A stretch of DNA of 64,000 nucleotides from Laetmonice hystrix (GCA_965235115.1 OZ249436.1:18416001-18480000), one strand, 5' to 3'. Counted from the stretch's first letter, positions 24,963-38,675 are shown. Notes: generated by a model not told the origin, from the letters alone. Made by a program: numbers and translations.

Positions 24963-26434
24963 CAGGGGCGCCGCTGCCGGGGGGGACGGGGGGGGGGGGA
25001 CATGTCCCCCCCACTTTTGCTGGCGACCTAAAAAGGTCAAAGGCTCCTTGAAGTTGAAGCTAGGCCTAGATCTAATAGATAGATCTACAGGTCTTCTTAT
25101 ACTCCCTATGCCTAGCTTTTTGAGGTTAATTGCCCATGGGAGGCAAATTAAAGATAGATTTTCATCATTTTTAATCTTGGCCTTCGCAGGCCTAAGCCTA
25201 TGTCATGTGTTTAGGAGATAGGTCTGCTTTGCTGTTCTAAAATTAATATGGGCCTAACCGCGGCCTAGATCCCCTGCAGCTTCCCTGTGTACCTTAGTCC
25301 TACCACACTGGCGGATCCAGGGTAGGGGGTCACATAGGGTCTGGACCCCCCTAAAATATATATATTTCATGGCGCCCCTCCTGCCGTTCATGGCGCCTCA
25401 TGGCATTGTAGGGCTACATAAGACTCTTGACATCATTGGTCTTTAAATAGCTTTGTGCTCCAAAATGCATCAGATTTCACCAAATTACACCTTGAATTTG
25501 AAAAATTTCCGGGGGGCATGCCCCCGGACCCCCTAGCAAGGCTTTGTGCCTTCGGCGTTCGTACAGTCACATCGGTTGCGTCCCTAAAAACGTTGGCCCC
25601 CCTATTTGAAAAAGCTGGATCTGCCCCTGTACCATCTCTTGCTTAGCTCATAGACCTGAATATTCAGGTCAATCTTAAGCTCTAGGAAATCTAGGCCACG
25701 CTTTAATTATTGTCTGACAGCGTTAGGCCTGCGGCCGTCAACATTTTTCACCCCCATGTTGGGCCTTCCTATTTGATTTTGAAGAAAAAGACCTCATGCG
25801 TGAATGTATTCAAATAATGAGTGAGGTTTACCAATTTTTACTAGCCCTAGTGTGGTAGAATAGAAAGTGGCAAGTAGGATGGGGACGGTCTCTATTTTAT
25901 TTGGTAAAAGTGTGTTTTAGGCCTAATCGTCAACTTTTTTGGCTTCTGATAAATATTGCTTGATACTGTTTTTTGTGATGTCAACGGCCAGGTGGGGGCC
26001 ACCTAAAAAAATTTTTTAGCCTCGCTACGCTCGGCATGATTTCAATGTAACTGTACGTACTAATAGTATAATTCATCTTCACACAAAAAAGGAAGATTTA
26101 AGGGGAGGCAAGCCCCCTGATTAATCTCTCACTGATTAATACATTAATCTTGAGCAAAAGGTCGGCACCGAAAGCTCTTTAGTTTGATGCTGAGAAGCCG
26201 GGAAAGCCTTTTATATTCCCAAAGTCGGAGCCCCCCCCCCCTTCGGCGCGTGGCACCTTCTGACCCCCCCCCCCCCCCCCAAGAAAATCCTGGGTCCGCC
26301 CCTTGGGGGGGTGAATACACTGTTATTTTGCAATTCTTATGGTAGGCGCTACATAGGCCTAAATCTCGGGGGAAAGGTCAAACACCAAGATTGTCCCCCC
26401 CCCCCCCACTTTGAAATAGGCAGCGGCGCCCCTG
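24963..26434. mobile_element. CAG-ended MITE (hAT-like), 5-bp TSD
   Basis: Perfect 16-bp TIR CAGGGGCGCCGCTGCC. CAGCA on both sides. Confidence 0.8.
25306..25629. mobile_element. Nested CAG-type MITE, 5-bp TSD
   Basis: Imperfect TIR CACTGGCGGATCCAG / CTGGATCTGCCCCTG. TACCA on both sides. A truncated inverted relative lies at ~48917-49075. Confidence 0.75.
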
Positions 26435-26689
26435 CAGCACGATGGCAGCGAATGACTGCAAAACTTCTAAAAGGCGTTTTGCCTTTGATCAGTGATCACA
26501 TCTATAATGTGAGGGTTGGAACTGTGATAAAATCGTTGCCCCATGTTTGCTTTTACGAAGTACGGCGTATAACCTAGCCTTGGTTGGCCATACCACATTC
26601 GGGCTTCGCCCTCATGTGGTATGGCCAACCAAGGCTAGGTTATACTCCGTACTACGTAAGCAAACATGGGGTAACTGGTAATACGCCCC

Positions 26690-27142
26690 GAGTGATGGTT
26701 CAAGGGCTAGCGCGTCGGAGTAGTGCAGGAATCACTTAGATGATCTTTACGGTTGGAAACAGCTAGAGAGTTGGAGGCGAGGTCGGCAGATAGAAAGATT
26801 GAGGAGGAAATACGATCGTCAGAGAAGACAGTGAACGCTGTAGCCAGGAGGGACAAAAGGATTAACGACAGGTATTATTATAAGTTTATGGTGTACTTGG
26901 TGTACTTGGTGTACTTGGTGAACTTAGTCAATTACTGCGGATTATACGTATGCTTGGTCATGCACTTGGGAGTATTGTGGACTTGTGAAATAAATAGTTG
27001 AAATCTACCTGAACGTATTCAGATGTTGGATTCCTCAGCTCCACCTCCGTGAGGATAGGACGTTATCAATATAAGACTCTACTGATTTCCCTAAATCGAC
27101 TTCAGAAGCTAGCTACCCATTAATGTGTTGGGACTCGTTACA
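26690..27142 (+). mobile_element. Possible LTR fragment
   Basis: AATAAA at ~26988 and a TTACA end. No partner LTR or TSD found. Confidence 0.3.
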
Positions 27143-27341
27143 AGTACCTCTCGTAATTATCGAACAATTACTTAATAGTGGCGTAAGCATGGTGGAGAAT
27201 TACCCTAACGGCTATTCGACTAGCCTCCCCAAAAGGACTTAACAGGAGATACACAAACACCAAAAGAAAAGGACCAACAGAAGAGAAGACAGAAAACCCC
27301 CCAACGCAGAGGTTGCCTCCGTGCATCTCGTGTGGACACGC

Positions 27342-27765
27342 CCCTTATTTTGAGGTGGTGTCTGCAGGGCTGCCATGCTGCGATTCATTAAGACTGAATT
27401 TCCAGTGACTGTATGGGGGAAATCTGAGGTGCAATGCCATAGGTAGCAATGTAGCAATGTTAGCTCCGTTTTGCCATTATGTTTTGCCATCTAACCTTGT
27501 GTGCCAGTGCCACATGTAATCATATTGGATTATAAATGTCCCATCTGCTACATTATGTACAATTTGCAGCCCTTATTTTGAGGTGGTGTCTGCAGGGCTG
27601 CCATGCTGCGATTCATTAAGACTGAATTTCCAGTGACTGTATGGGGGAAATGTGAGGCGCAATGTAGCAATGTTTGCTCCGTTTTGCCATTATGTTTTGC
27701 CATCTAACCTTGTGTGCCAGTGCCACATGTAATCATATTGGATTATAAATGTCCCATCTTCTACA
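27342..27765. repeat. Tandem duplication, ~228-bp period
   Basis: CCCTTATTTTGAGGTGGTGTCTGCAGGG... starts at 27342 and 27570. Confidence 0.85.
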
Positions 27766-28828
27766 TATATGTGTACATACTGGAAAAGGACCTGTTTCAA
27801 ATGGTTAGATATATCAAACTAGGCTATGACGGTTTTTAAATGGTGTCGAAGGAGGTGTTCGAAGTACGGAAAATGATTTTATATTCTAATCTACTTTATA
27901 ATGATTTTGCCATTAATAAATAAAAGCACTTGGTCCAAGTGTGAAGTCTAAAGAGTTTTTGAATAAAAGTTCATTCACAAGAAAGGGCATATCAGCTAGA
28001 GGGGATGGAAAAGTCTAAGGCTTAGTCAAATTCTTAGTCAGTTTGACTGGGGGTTAGTCAGAAAAGCCTTAGAAAGTTCGGACAAAAAGGCACAGTCATG
28101 CTGACCAAGCTGAGATTAGAACACCAGTCGTCTTGACTAACTTTCCATTTTTTTTCTTGATATATGTGGCAGGTTCGCAAAATGTTTTATTTAACGCGAA
28201 AAAGACAATATGTATGAGGACAGGAGCCAATGGGTAGCCTCCTAATCGGGTTGTGCAGCTGGATGGCATCCAGATTCAATGGAAGTGTCAGATAAAGCAC
28301 CTGGGCAACATTGTGTGATCTAAGCCACAATCATGATATCAAAGCTAAGAGGGGTATTTTTATATCACAGGTAAACAACTTGAACAATAAGTTTAGTGGA
28401 CTGTCCTGCAATGTGCGTGGCAGACTTTTACAAACGTATTGCTGTACCTGGTATGGCTGCCAGACCTGGGATATAGGTTCGAAATTGGCCCTGCACATGA
28501 ACATTGAATGGAACAAGGCTGTCCGAAGAACGCTACGGATCCCATCTGACACGCATACATGTCTCTTGCCGTGCATATTACAAAGTGGGAACTTTAGTGA
28601 ACAGCACAAATCCCGAATCTCCAAATTCCTGAGTACTTTTATGAACTCTGAAAACCAACATATAAGGTTCATTGGTCTCAGAGCGTACATGTCCACATGT
28701 GGCCCACTGGGGGCGTAACCGGGTGAGGTGTGTGACCTCCGGCAGCCACTCAGGCCGCCAAACAATTAACCCTGATACATGTGCTCAAGCCCAGAGCATA
28801 AGGGAACTGTTACGACATTCGTGACAAT

Positions 28829-31590
28829 GGGCCATATGCATAAAAAGGAAGCAGATGCTTCTAGCAAAAGCAAAAAGTGAAAGCAATTGCTCCAAGCAAA
28901 AGGTAGAAGTAAAAGCATAAGCTTGATTTCATATGCATAACATTTTGCTTTTACTCAAAAGCAAATGCTCGTACTTGACAAACATTTCCTTATTTGCCAA
29001 CCATTAGCTTCTCGGTTCAGGAGACTCACTAAGGGTGATGCAACATTGTTGAAGGTGTGCAAGCGTTCCATGACAAAAATAGCTGTGGGCACTCGGTGCA
29101 GACAGTTCAATTTCATGTCACATTTTCCTCATAAAATCTTAATTCCTCACGATATGTCGATCATGCCTCATTCTGTCGATGCTGGTAGACTTTCCTCTTG
29201 CGACCCAACTGCCCTCAAAAGCAAATGCTCGTACTTGACAAACATTTCCTTATTTGCCAACCATTAGCTTCTCGGTTCAGGAGACTCACTAAGGGTGATG
29301 CAACATTGTTGAAGGTGTGCAAGCGTTCCATGACAAAAATAGCTGTGGGCACTCGGTGCAGACAGTTCAATTTCATGTCACATTTTCCTCATAAAATCTT
29401 AATTCCTCACGATATGTCGATCATGCCTCATTCTGTCGATGCTGGTAGACTTTCCTCTTGCGACCCAACTGCATAAAAGCTGCCATTTCCCTTGAAGTGA
29501 ATGACCACGTCTTGTCTAGTCAACAGTCAAGGTAGGTCTGGAGCTACCTTGAGATTCCTCAGTAAATGCTTGGAATGCTGGGCCAATTGCTCAGTTTTAT
29601 GCATATGATTTGAAGCAATTTCTTCATTTCAAGTAAAAGCATACCAAGTAATTATCCCATCCCCACGGAGGGGATGGGATTTTGAAATTGTAGTTGTGGG
29701 CTGTTGTTAGACACTATGTCTATCTCAGTCATTTTTCAAGATATCTCAACCAAACTTGGTACACATCTTGACCATGACGAAGTCTGGTCCCTCAATGAGT
29801 CATGACGTCACGTGACGTCACGTCATGACGTCAATTTTTTGGGGACATTGGGGGCCATTTTTAAAGTTCATATTGGGAATTTACAATATCTATCATGGAG
29901 TTTTGATCAGGCAAGGGTCCTGTCTCAAAGCGACCCTTCATTTGACCTTTGACCTTTGACCTTAGGGAGAACTGGCTCCTGGGTCAGAATCCTTTTGAAT
30001 CGCTACTCCTTCCCCATTTCTTTGTATAATTGGACAATATCTGGTAGTACCATACTACAACGAAAGGTTCAAACCCCACAAAGAGGGATTAGAGATTTGA
30101 CCTATATTCACTGAACCACGTGACATTAAAGTTTTGAATGGTGCCAATTTTAGATATCTATGGCTAAAACTCGAAGATGCTTGTCTATAAGGGCCATGTT
30201 TTTTATTGTACACAGATAGGAAGTGATATGCTCTTTCATTTGGCACCATAATTTTTAAGGGTTTACGCCCTATTTACTGAACCACGTGACCTGCAAGTTT
30301 AAAGTTAGGTCATTTGGAAGATTCCTGGCTGTAACTCTTGAAAGCTTTAAGGCAGAGCCATAATTGTTCATGAATTTTATGAAGGGCTTTTAACAACACA
30401 AAACATACAAAGAGGGATTAGCGATTTGACCTATATTTGCTGAACCACGTGACCTTAAAGTTTTCAACAGCGGTCAGTTTAGATATTTATGGGTATAACT
30501 TGTAAACGGTGTCAGATAGGGTCATAGTTACTATTGAACATGAATAGGAAGTCATATATGGGCTTTCATTTGACATCATTATTTTGTAGGTCACGTGACC
30601 TATGACGTCATAACGATGTCACCTATTTTCCCAGGGCCATAATTTTTAAATGGTTGAAGATACAGCCATAGTTACTCTGAAGCACCAATAGGAAGTCATA
30701 TATGCTCTTTCATTATGCACCCATATTTTTTCAGGTCACGTGACCTATGACGTCATACCTAGGTTACCTATATTTTTCAAGGGCTAATAACTTTTAAATG
30801 GTTGAAGATAGAGCCATAGTTACTATTAAACACGAATAGGAAGTCACATATCCTCTTTCGTTATACAACTTCATTTTCCAGGTCACGTGACCTATGACGT
30901 CATAAGAATGTCATTGGCATTTTCTCAGGGCTATAACTTGTAAATGGTTGAAGATTGAGCCATAGTTACTAGTAAACCCTCCTATGCAGTCATATATACA
31001 TGCTCTTCCATTATGCACCCATAATTTTCCAGTCAAGTGACCTATGACGTCATAGCAAGGTCGCCAATATTTTCCCAGGGCTACAACTTGTAAACGGTGC
31101 CAGATAGGGCCATAGTTACTATTGAACATGAATAGGAAGTCATATATGGTCTTTCATTTGGTACCATTGTTTTGTACGTCACGTGACCTATGACGTCATA
31201 AGGAGGTCACCTATTTCCTGGGCTATAACTTGTAAATGGTTGAAGATACAGACATAATTACTATGACGTCCTAAGGAGGTCATAAATATTCTCTCAGGGC
31301 TATAACTTGACACAACCTGGCACTTCACAAACACCACTGCCTATCACAGATGTGTCGGGAAGTGTCTGCCTTAAACGTAACTCTACTCAAACTCAATATC
31401 AGAAGGGACATGTCACCCCGGGGATGGGATCCATCGTGGTCTCGCCACGACATGACTAGTTACTTATTGCTTTTGCTAATAGTAGATGCTTTTTAGCAAA
31501 AGCTTTTACTAGGAGTTTATGCATACAGATGTGAGTAAGTGTTTGGATTTTCAAGTAAAAAGCATTTACTGTTTTTTATGCATATGGGCC
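28829..31590. mobile_element. PIF/Harbinger-like MITE with 3-bp TSD AAT; contains a 260-bp tandem duplication (28954/29214) and element D
   Basis: TIR GG(G/C)CCATATGCATAAAAA. AAT at 28826-28828 and 31591-31593. Confidence 0.8.
29654..31459 (+). mobile_element. Helitron/Helentron-like element, family D (solitary)
   Basis: Head ATCCCATCCCC-ACGGA-GGGGATGGGAT, subTIR GGGGATGGGAT at 31420-31430, hairpin TCGTGG-TCTCG-CCACGA, CTAG then TTA. Internal ~140-bp imperfect tandem repeats at ~30500-31310. Confidence 0.85.
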
Positions 31591-34500
31591 AATGTCAAAA
31601 CTCTGGCTGGGTTCGAGGCAGATGAAGTTCAAACTTTTTTAGATGAACTCTGCAGAAGGTGAACGCGCTTTCACCCTTTTTATCATAACTTAATTAACTA
31701 TAACTTCCTTTGTAAAATGATATAATACAACCTGTATAAGATTGTACATGTAAAAGCATTGTACGAATAAATACTATATATAGGGCCGAGATAGAACCCG
31801 GGCAGGGTAGCAGTCACTGGTGTATTTGTACTCGACGGTCCACGCATGGACTTGTGGGACCTGAGAGGGCCTGGCCAGTAGGCCCTATACTCCACGTGAA
31901 ATTCCAAGTGCTGTGGTATATATTGAACAGTATTTCCACGTCAAAGTTGCACTCGTCTCAGTAATCTTTGAAGAACTTTTGGATGTTTTTTCATTACTGA
32001 AATATGTGTACAGAGTGTACAGAGTGAAGCAGGATGGTCAGTAGTAGGCCTATATCAAAGCAGAGTAAAATATGGGTACATTTTATCTGCTACAGTTGCA
32101 CTGATGGAGACATTATTGCATGAAATTTGTTATATATTTGTACCTTTTCATATCTTCAAACGGTGAATATTTGAAAGGATTTTAGCATTTGATATAACTT
32201 GGGTGTCTATTTTGCATAAAAATAGAAATTCGTACATTTGACGTGTAAAATATCAGTTTTTGGCCAAACTCGGGGGTAAACGGAGCGTGTTACTGAAAAA
32301 GTTACCATGGTGACCCCTATTTTGTGTGTGTGCTGATAACGCAGCCTTTTGAAGAATTATCAACGTATTTTTTTGGTACACGATTTCCCGATCTGACTGC
32401 CGAAAATAAACTTTTCAGTTGAATTATATGTATCCTGAAAACACCCCAAAACCTGCATTTTTTTAATTCTTTGGTGTATTTTCATTAATCCATGTCTCCT
32501 GATTACACTCGTGTCGTCAAGTGATTTATATGAATAAATAAAAAAAATGAATTTATGTTGTGTTGGTTAGTCTACCTGATTTCCAAATGGGCCACAAGGT
32601 GACAGTGCTGTCACTCACAGGTTTTCATGGTGAACATATAAGTTTTTCATGTTTTTGTAAAGTAGAGATATAGATCTTTACTTCTACCAAATATCTAAGC
32701 ATTGTCAACGTCAGATCTAAAATGGCGCGATTGTCTTTAAAGACACTTCAGTAAACTCTTCAGATTGTTTATTTCCTCTTTAAAAGGGAAACAGGTTATA
32801 TGTATATGTAGGACATGCATAACGCTTCAAAAGGAAGACCCTAAGTCACCGTCAGTGATTAACCATTTCCCGACCTCTTACAATGATTTAAACATGTTAT
32901 GCATCAATAATAAGTGTATCATTGCGATGCCCTCTGATCCGACGCTGTAAATGCCTTTCTAAGGATTGATGGGAATACTTAAAAATCTGAGATGTCTGAC
33001 ACAATCAAACTTAAATGGTATTATTCTGCTTCTATGGTACAGGCTTTGACAGAAAGAAAATGTTTGGTATTGGTATTTGACTTGGAGACATACTTTGGGA
33101 CTGTTGGAGGGGTCTGTTGAACATTTATGTCTACCAGTTTGTTATGTCTAGATAACATGTTTTTGTCTGTTCTCGAAATGAAGAATGGGCCTACGTGGTT
33201 CATTTTCGGACCCACCAGCCGCCCAATAGTTCGCCATATAAATAAACTTTGCACACGGTCAGTATAAAGTTTCTGTAAGGTCCAATAATGACCATCGTTA
33301 TAACTTATAATTAATATCAGTGTTATCATTGGTAGTATCATAATTATCACTATTATGAATACACATATTCAATAAAAACTACACGCACAGATGAACCAAT
33401 AGGACCAAATTGTGTGGAGTGCGACACAACCACTTTCACACACTGAAGACGGTTAAACTGTCACACCATGCTTAATACCACTCTGTCTTAACATGAAAAA
33501 GTTTTGCACAGCAATTATACAAAGAGGGAAACCATGACCATGTTTCCTCCCAAAACTGGTTTCCCGGCTATCACGTTTTGTTTTGCTATGCATACTTCAA
33601 ATACCATACAATTGTGTTTGCACCATACTACACCGGATTGATGGCCCAAAACGGTCCTGCTATGGCCACAGCTTGCTTCCGTGGGCTCCATACAAAATGC
33701 TCAATACAAACTTAGAAGTGTAAAGTGGTTCAAGTTGAGCGAGGTATCAGCCTCTGTATCTAAGATACATCATTCAATTGTACTTTAATGCCCGCATATA
33801 TACCAGTAAGTGATACGTCATCAGGTGCAATAATATCTTTGTGGTATTCGCTATTAGGACTGGTACCCTCCCATTACATCACATTAATGGAGATAAAAAT
33901 TAGTTTATTTATTGAACGTGTATTTTATGAAATTGTAAAGTACATTACTCGGTTCACACCACTGTGCCTTCTAAAAGCTGAGCTCTTGTTTTCGTTACTC
34001 TCTAATCGGTATCAAACATAATATTTACAAACCAGGAAAGGTGGAAATGGGGGGGGGGGGGGGGTGCTCGCAAGCCTTCATCATTAGGTGGTCTGCTGTC
34101 GTTCAACCGACCAGCGGTGATGCGCGAGTTTCTCGATCAACATGACACTTCGGTGGTGGGGGTAGAGTTTGGGGGAGGGAACAACAATAAAAGTTGGTAA
34201 AATCTAAATGTGTCAAATCGACTGCATTTCTCACATCTCATCATTTTGAATACCTTGCATCTTCACAACTTACAGTCTAACAACTTTTCAGATATAGCAA
34301 CAGTTTGTAGACCTCCATCTTAACTCAATAACAGTCTCTGCTTAAACCACTAAATGTCCTTGCACATTGTACGTCAATTAGCGAACCTGTTTGTAAGGCA
34401 TGGCATCGCTTCACATCCTGTTAACTATATTACAGAATGGACAATGAGTACTTAAATATGCGCAGCTGATCAGCATAAGCTCGGCGAGCCAAGAAGTTTA

Positions 34501-36722
34501 CTATTCAATTAAACCTCAAAGAGAAACTAAGGGGCGAGAAGATAAGGTTCTCCCTAGATTCTACCGAAAGATTAAATTGTTGGATATTGTTCCTCTGGCC
34601 GATGTAACAACAGGGGCACCATGATTTGCAGATACGTAATCAAGACCCGCATACATGTGACGGGCGGTATCATTACACGGGGGCGTGGATCCTGGTCTTT
34701 TGGAATGAAAGAAAAAATGCAGGCACTAATGGGTCTTTGGTGTCTCCATCTCTTCAGCGTTTTCATAGCAATCATCACCGAACACATACAGCAGTGGCAG
34801 TAACCAGAGAAACTCACACCTTTACCGAGCAAACCTTGTTTGGCTTCTCACACTTGGAACAATCTCCGGTTGCTATCGCAAGCGACCAACCCTAGTATTT
34901 GGTACAGTAATCAAACTTTCAAATGTCGTCAGGCCCTCGTGCCTAGACTGCCGCGCGCCATTTGATCGTGCCTCTTTATCCCCAGCCTTTCACTTGTCTC
35001 ACACACATTTGGGCAGCGGGCAATTCAAAATTTCCGTGTCCAAGAGAATCTTGATGATATGCACCATGGGTGATCTGAGAAGGGCTCAACACAGAATGTG
35101 GCTGAATATATTTTGTTTGAAATTCATTTTGTGACGTATCTGGAGGTACCAATCCTTCAATAAAACAAAAGCATGCACAACGGTATATAACATAAAGCCC
35201 ATACCTATTCGAAGTCTTTGTGATGAAGTCTATAGTAGATAGCCTTCTGCTCTTAATTCTTTAAAAGTACCTGTTACATTAGTCAGCATCAGAATGATCT
35301 ATACAGGTTTTTCACGTGACATCACAGCCCTCGCGATACCCAAGGTTCTACCATTTTGGACGTATAGCTCCCTAGGTTACCAGTATTTGCCTATTACTAG
35401 CCAAACGTGTCAGTGTAAGAATTACTTTGACTCAGAATCCTGACTCAGAATCAGATTGCAACGACAGCTCCCCGGACTCTGTCCACAACCAACAGGCCAA
35501 ATAGATTCATATCTGAATGGTGTCAATTTGAAACTAAGATCCGTACACACGAGATGACCTACCTGTTTTTGTCCTATCTATTTTAGATTTTAAGAATTGG
35601 GGAAAATTGCAACTATTTCAGTTTTTTTTATACACCCTGTAGAGGGCACCCCTTCTATTGGACAGTCCCACAATCGGGAAATCAATTAACTCAACTATTG
35701 TAATTAACTCTACCATATTTTTGCATCAATTTGTGAGAGGGTGGGGGGGGGGGGGGGGGGGGGGGGCGAGTGGGAGTTGTGAGGAACAGAACATTATTAT
35801 CTCGACTGCCTATATGTTTTGCATTTCAGTGATTAATTTGGGTTTTTGCGTACAGGTGCATAGGCGATAAGTCCACTGAAGTGTACACTGCTAGTACCAC
35901 TGCTTTCCTCGCCCCGACAGGTATCACTGATATTACACCTATGATTTAGCTTAATTCAGCATTTAATATATTGATGAATAAGATTATAACACTTAGGGGT
36001 TAGGGATTATGCTGGTGAATTTGTCTTCTGTCAAGTTATTTTCTGCCGTCATCGGATGGCTTTCCTAAAGATGCCCTATATAGAAATTAGTAAAAGATCC
36101 AAGCCTAAAATATAAAATACGTACTAACAGCATTAAATTTGTTCCCTTTCAGTAAAGACAATCAGTGTGGAAGTGAAATGGATGGATACTTTGTCCGTAT
36201 CATACACAAACCAGTAGGTCTACCTCATCTAGTTTTTGGCAAAGACACTGTCAATACCGCTTAGGTTATATTGTATATTGACATGTATATATTATGTGTA
36301 ATATATGTATGACATGAAACAAGGTGTTCTTGCCGCATGCTAAGCACTATCAAATTATCATTCTTCATATCATATTTCTTAAGATTATTTGGTTGAGCAG
36401 AATACTGAAACGTGATTGGTCAGTTCTTCCGCGTAGAGCGGCCTGTATTGCATGGCAGCCTCGTTTTGAGGCATCCACCACTATGAGGTCACAATTAGAG
36501 CGCAGAGTTCGATCATGATGACATCACAATAAGTGAACCAAACAAGGCACAATCAGACTGCAGAGGCTTCAATCAGATGTAAACAAACATGTAGGCCTAT
36601 AGCTGTTCTGAGCGCCTTTAATTAAAATGTCATTGTTCTAACCTTTTTATCTGTTATAAATGTATATTTTATTCCAGGTGAGGTTTCCTTTTTCATGATG
36701 GACCAAAAGTCCAACTCGTCAC

Positions 36723-36849
36723 CCCATGTCTGATTACATAATACGGAAATATAGCTACATTGAGGTCACGTATCCCATTTGGAATTCGGCCTCATGGGAT
36801 ACGGGACCTAAAGGTAGTTATATTTCCGTATTATGTTATCAGACATGGG
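36723..36849. repeat. Long imperfect foldback hairpin, similar in design to 26539-26671
   Basis: CCCATGTCTGA...ATAATACGGAAATATA... pairs with ...TATATTTCCGTATTAT...TCAGACATGGG. Confidence 0.75.
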
Positions 36850-37532
36850 ATCAATAATAGTATTACAGGATTGGTACGTAATTGTTTTTCCCTGTCTCGC
36901 ACATCTGGCGCGGTAGTGCCTATGGCTTTGAGTGCAACTCTCTCTCTCACACGGCTAACAATCGCCTCAAGCAGGCATCCTCATACATTACTCATTCCGT
37001 ACATGTCCGTTCCAAACACAATACTTATCAATACAAGTTCCAAGGTAACCCTTTCGCCATTTCCAGGGTGATCAGCAATAACCACCGCACCAAATCATGT
37101 CCCTTATAGCGCACCGTAATGTCACACTTCCCACTTCCCTCCGCTCGCCGTAAAGTCATATGTAACGCACTGGTGCGCACCCTTACGTCCAGCGTAAGGT
37201 ACTTTTTCCGCTTAGTGTAAAGTCATACATAACGCAGATACACACCTTTACGCCCATCTTAAAGGACTTTCTTCAGCATACCTTATTGTCATACATGGCC
37301 TGCATTATTAGAACAGCTTACCAACAGTGCGTCATGGTTCGCTTTGGGTTTATAACAGCCGAGTATAACAAAAGAAAATATTTACTATTGTATGACAAAG
37401 AAGACATGGATTTATGTCAGTATACTTAGACTAAAAGTGTCTTTAAGCACATGGCAGTGACAAGATGCTAAAACGTAGGTCAATTCCAGCCGTGCTCACT
37501 CAAGCTTTTGTCCCGTAGATTACCCCTCTTTC

Positions 37533-38245
37533 CGGTAGCCTGAAAAAATGGCACCGAAAAAGAAAAGGCACAGGAAAAAAAGGCACAGGAAAAAATGGTA
37601 CCAAGTGTAGACTAGGAAAAAATGGCGCATATAATTAAAAGGCTCAAATTTGGTAGTTGTGGCATTTAATTTAACCTTATGACACACAGTTTTACTTCCC
37701 CCTCCGACGGAGGCAAGAACTGCCCCCCCCCTGGCGGAGGCAAGAAGGACTTCACCTCTGACGGAGGCAAAAAGGACTTCACGCTCTGACAGAGGCAAGG
37801 ACTTCCCCTCTGACAGAGGCAAGAACTCCCCCCTCTGCCGGACGCAAGAAGGACTTCACCATCTGACAGAAGCCCCATGTTGCTGGCCTTTTCACTTCGG
37901 GTATATACACGTATACCACGAGAACACTTCCCACCAGTCAGTACCTGCAACTGTTGTCTCCTCTTCTTAGCATGGAGGTCATCACCAGCAATAAAGGTGG
38001 GCAAAAGTTATGTCTTGATGGCTTTATGTACACCAAACAGTGGCAAAGACGTAATATCCGTTGGCGATGTGCACAGCGTTCCAAGTTCGGCTTCAAAGAT
38101 ATCTGAATTAAGGATATCATTCAAAAACCATTCCACAGTTTGCCTTATAATTTTTGACTAAAGAAATTACATTGTGCCATTTTCTCCTATCATGTACATT
38201 GCACCATTATTTCCTGTGCCCTTTTTTCCTGTGCCCTTTTTTTCC
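37533..38245 (+). mobile_element. MULE-like relic with a FLYWCH fragment
   Basis: Inverted subterminal repeats (AAAAGGCACAGG / CCTGTGCCCTTTT). 37972-38106 translates MEVITSNKGGQKLCLDGFMYTKQWQRRNIRWRCAQRSK. Confidence 0.65.
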
Positions 38246-38599
38246 TTCACTCATATTTCCCATCATTGATATATATTATTAAGTTCGCCGAAAGGTCACA
38301 TGGTTATTTAACCTTATATTACACAACGCGATCAAGGCACCCGCTCAGCAATAAAGGTTTCTTTTTGGCCTGTATTACCTACACATATTTTTAACCAACG
38401 TATGTGGAAGGGCGACATTATATTTCATGGTAAGGCTCCTTGATATTGGATTGTATTATTATCATGGATTGAGACAGATATTTGGTTTGCTTACAATATG
38501 TATAGACCTATAAGTACACAATCCATGTTGTGCATGTGAATGGGGCTTTATTGTGTAAGCCAAGGGATATCGAGGGTCGCCTCCGTTATCACAGTACCT

Positions 38600-38675
38600 G
38601 CCAGATTTCGCAGTGGTTAGAGCACGGGACCTTTGATAAAAAGGTTCTGGGTTCGAGCCCCGGCCGCGCCGAACT
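38600..38675 (+). mobile_element. tRNA-derived SINE head
   Basis: A-box-like CGCAGTGGTTAGAGC and B-box GGTTCGAGCCC. Degenerate stems. Confidence 0.55.

Larger units (their letters stand above)
24740..26680. mobile_element. Non-autonomous element with an asymmetric inverted repeat and a long terminal foldback (possibly Crypton-like)
   Basis: TTTATCACAGTTCC at ~24741 is inverted at ~26518-26531, followed by a ~60-bp-arm hairpin at 26539-26671. Confidence 0.5.
28181..31662 (+). mobile_element. Non-LTR retrotransposon 3' relic, interrupted at 28829-31593
   Basis: VLFNAKKT and IKHLGN, then (frameshifted) TYCCTWYGCQTW...WNKAVRR...P..TH. Removing the MITE and one AAT restores IRDNVKTLAGFEADEVQTFLDELCRR*. 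Confidence 0.75.

Noticed and set aside
23870..27142. Complete LTR or LTR pair for the env-like relic
   Set aside because: No repeated LTR, matching TSD or clear primer-binding site could be identified by eye.
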